Source: an uncultured Alphaproteobacteria bacterium (GTDB lineage Bacteria; Pseudomonadota; Alphaproteobacteria; CAIYWZ01). From it: 64,000 bases of DNA. The position numbers and the translations under genes were made by a program. The stretch lies in assembly GCA_964497925.1 (NCBI GenBank), contig CAZCFE010000006.1, positions 12,986-76,985 of the forward strand, in the 5' to 3' direction. Below the pieces are notes generated by a model. That model did no database searches. It saw only the letters and a program-made list of their open reading frames with translations, and was not told where the DNA came from. Shown here piece by piece: positions 63,599-64,000 of this stretch (position 1 is the first letter of the stretch; each line of letters opens with the position of its first letter).

Positions 63599-63621
63599 AT
63601 AAATATTTAAGGAGTATATGA

Positions 63622-64000
63622 ATGGCGTTAAAAATTCGTTTAGCCAGAGCTGGCGCAAAAAAGCAGCCTTACTATCGTATTGTGGTTGCAGACTCAAGAA
63701 GCCCACGTGATGGTAAGTTTATTGAAAAAGTAGGTGTATATAACCCTATGCTTGAACGTGATAATGACAAGCGTGTCGTTTTACAAGCAGAACGTGTAAC
63801 ATACTGGCTTTCAGTGGGTGCACAGCCAACAGACCGTGTCGCAAAATTCTTAGGATACGCAAAGCTTGCGCCTATGCCAGAATATGTTGAGACACCTGTA
63901 AAGTCTTTGCCTAAGAAAAAGGCACAAGAAAGAATGAAAGCTGAAGAAGCTGCCCGTGAAAAAGAGATTGCTGCTCAAGCTGCAGCAAAAGCAGCAGAAA
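63622..64000 (+). CDS. rpsP: 30S ribosomal protein S16 (partial, runs off the window end)
   Basis: [42 protein letters not shown] with an AAGGAG RBS 6 nt upstream. Long Ala/Lys/Glu-rich C-terminal extension. Confidence 0.9.
   Translation, partial: MALKIRLARAGAKKQPYYRIVVADSRSPRDGKFIEKVGVYNPMLERDNDKRVVLQAERVTYWLSVGAQPTDRVAKFLGYAKLAPMPEYVETPVKSLPKKKAQERMKAEEAAREKEIAAQAAAKAAE

Overview
This is an AT-rich (roughly one-third GC by eye) bacterial chromosome segment with the gene content and order of an alphaproteobacterium, probably an obligate intracellular Rickettsiales- or Holosporales-like lineage. That placement is inferred from the mdh-sucCD-sucAB-lpdA order, a contiguous nuoA-N operon, an ATP/ADP translocase, holC-pepA and pcm-rhodanese-tolC. 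The window is almost entirely housekeeping. It contains a TamA/TamB pair with an overlapping ogt, a DUF485 + sodium:solute symporter pair, a lone fliS-like gene, pcm-rhodanese-tolC, an SbtA-like permease, and secG-pyrG convergent on tal. It also carries the mdh / succinyl-CoA synthetase / 2-oxoglutarate dehydrogenase / lpdA block, gltX, ptrB, ccmF, two tandem EamA transporters, an OPT transporter, leuS, an M16 peptidase pair, hemB-tsaE, tlc, a complete 14-gene nuo operon, holC-pepA, a surface beta-barrel protein, ffh and the start of rpsP. I see no CRISPR array, no IS or transposase, no integrase or phage genes, no tRNA or rRNA, and no multi-gene cassette that looks like a novel defence, secretion or toxin system. 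The items worth a second look are: a GC-rich roughly 200 nt non-coding block with a terminator hairpin upstream of secG (candidate structured sRNA); a 720 bp non-coding gap holding a roughly 134-codon stop-free reading frame (probable gene remnant); a BioC-like protein with a degenerate SAM-binding motif; an orphan fliS; ogt fused into the tamAB locus; three unrelated signal-peptide proteins of unknown function (candidate secreted or effector proteins); and tlc sitting beside a full respiratory complex I.
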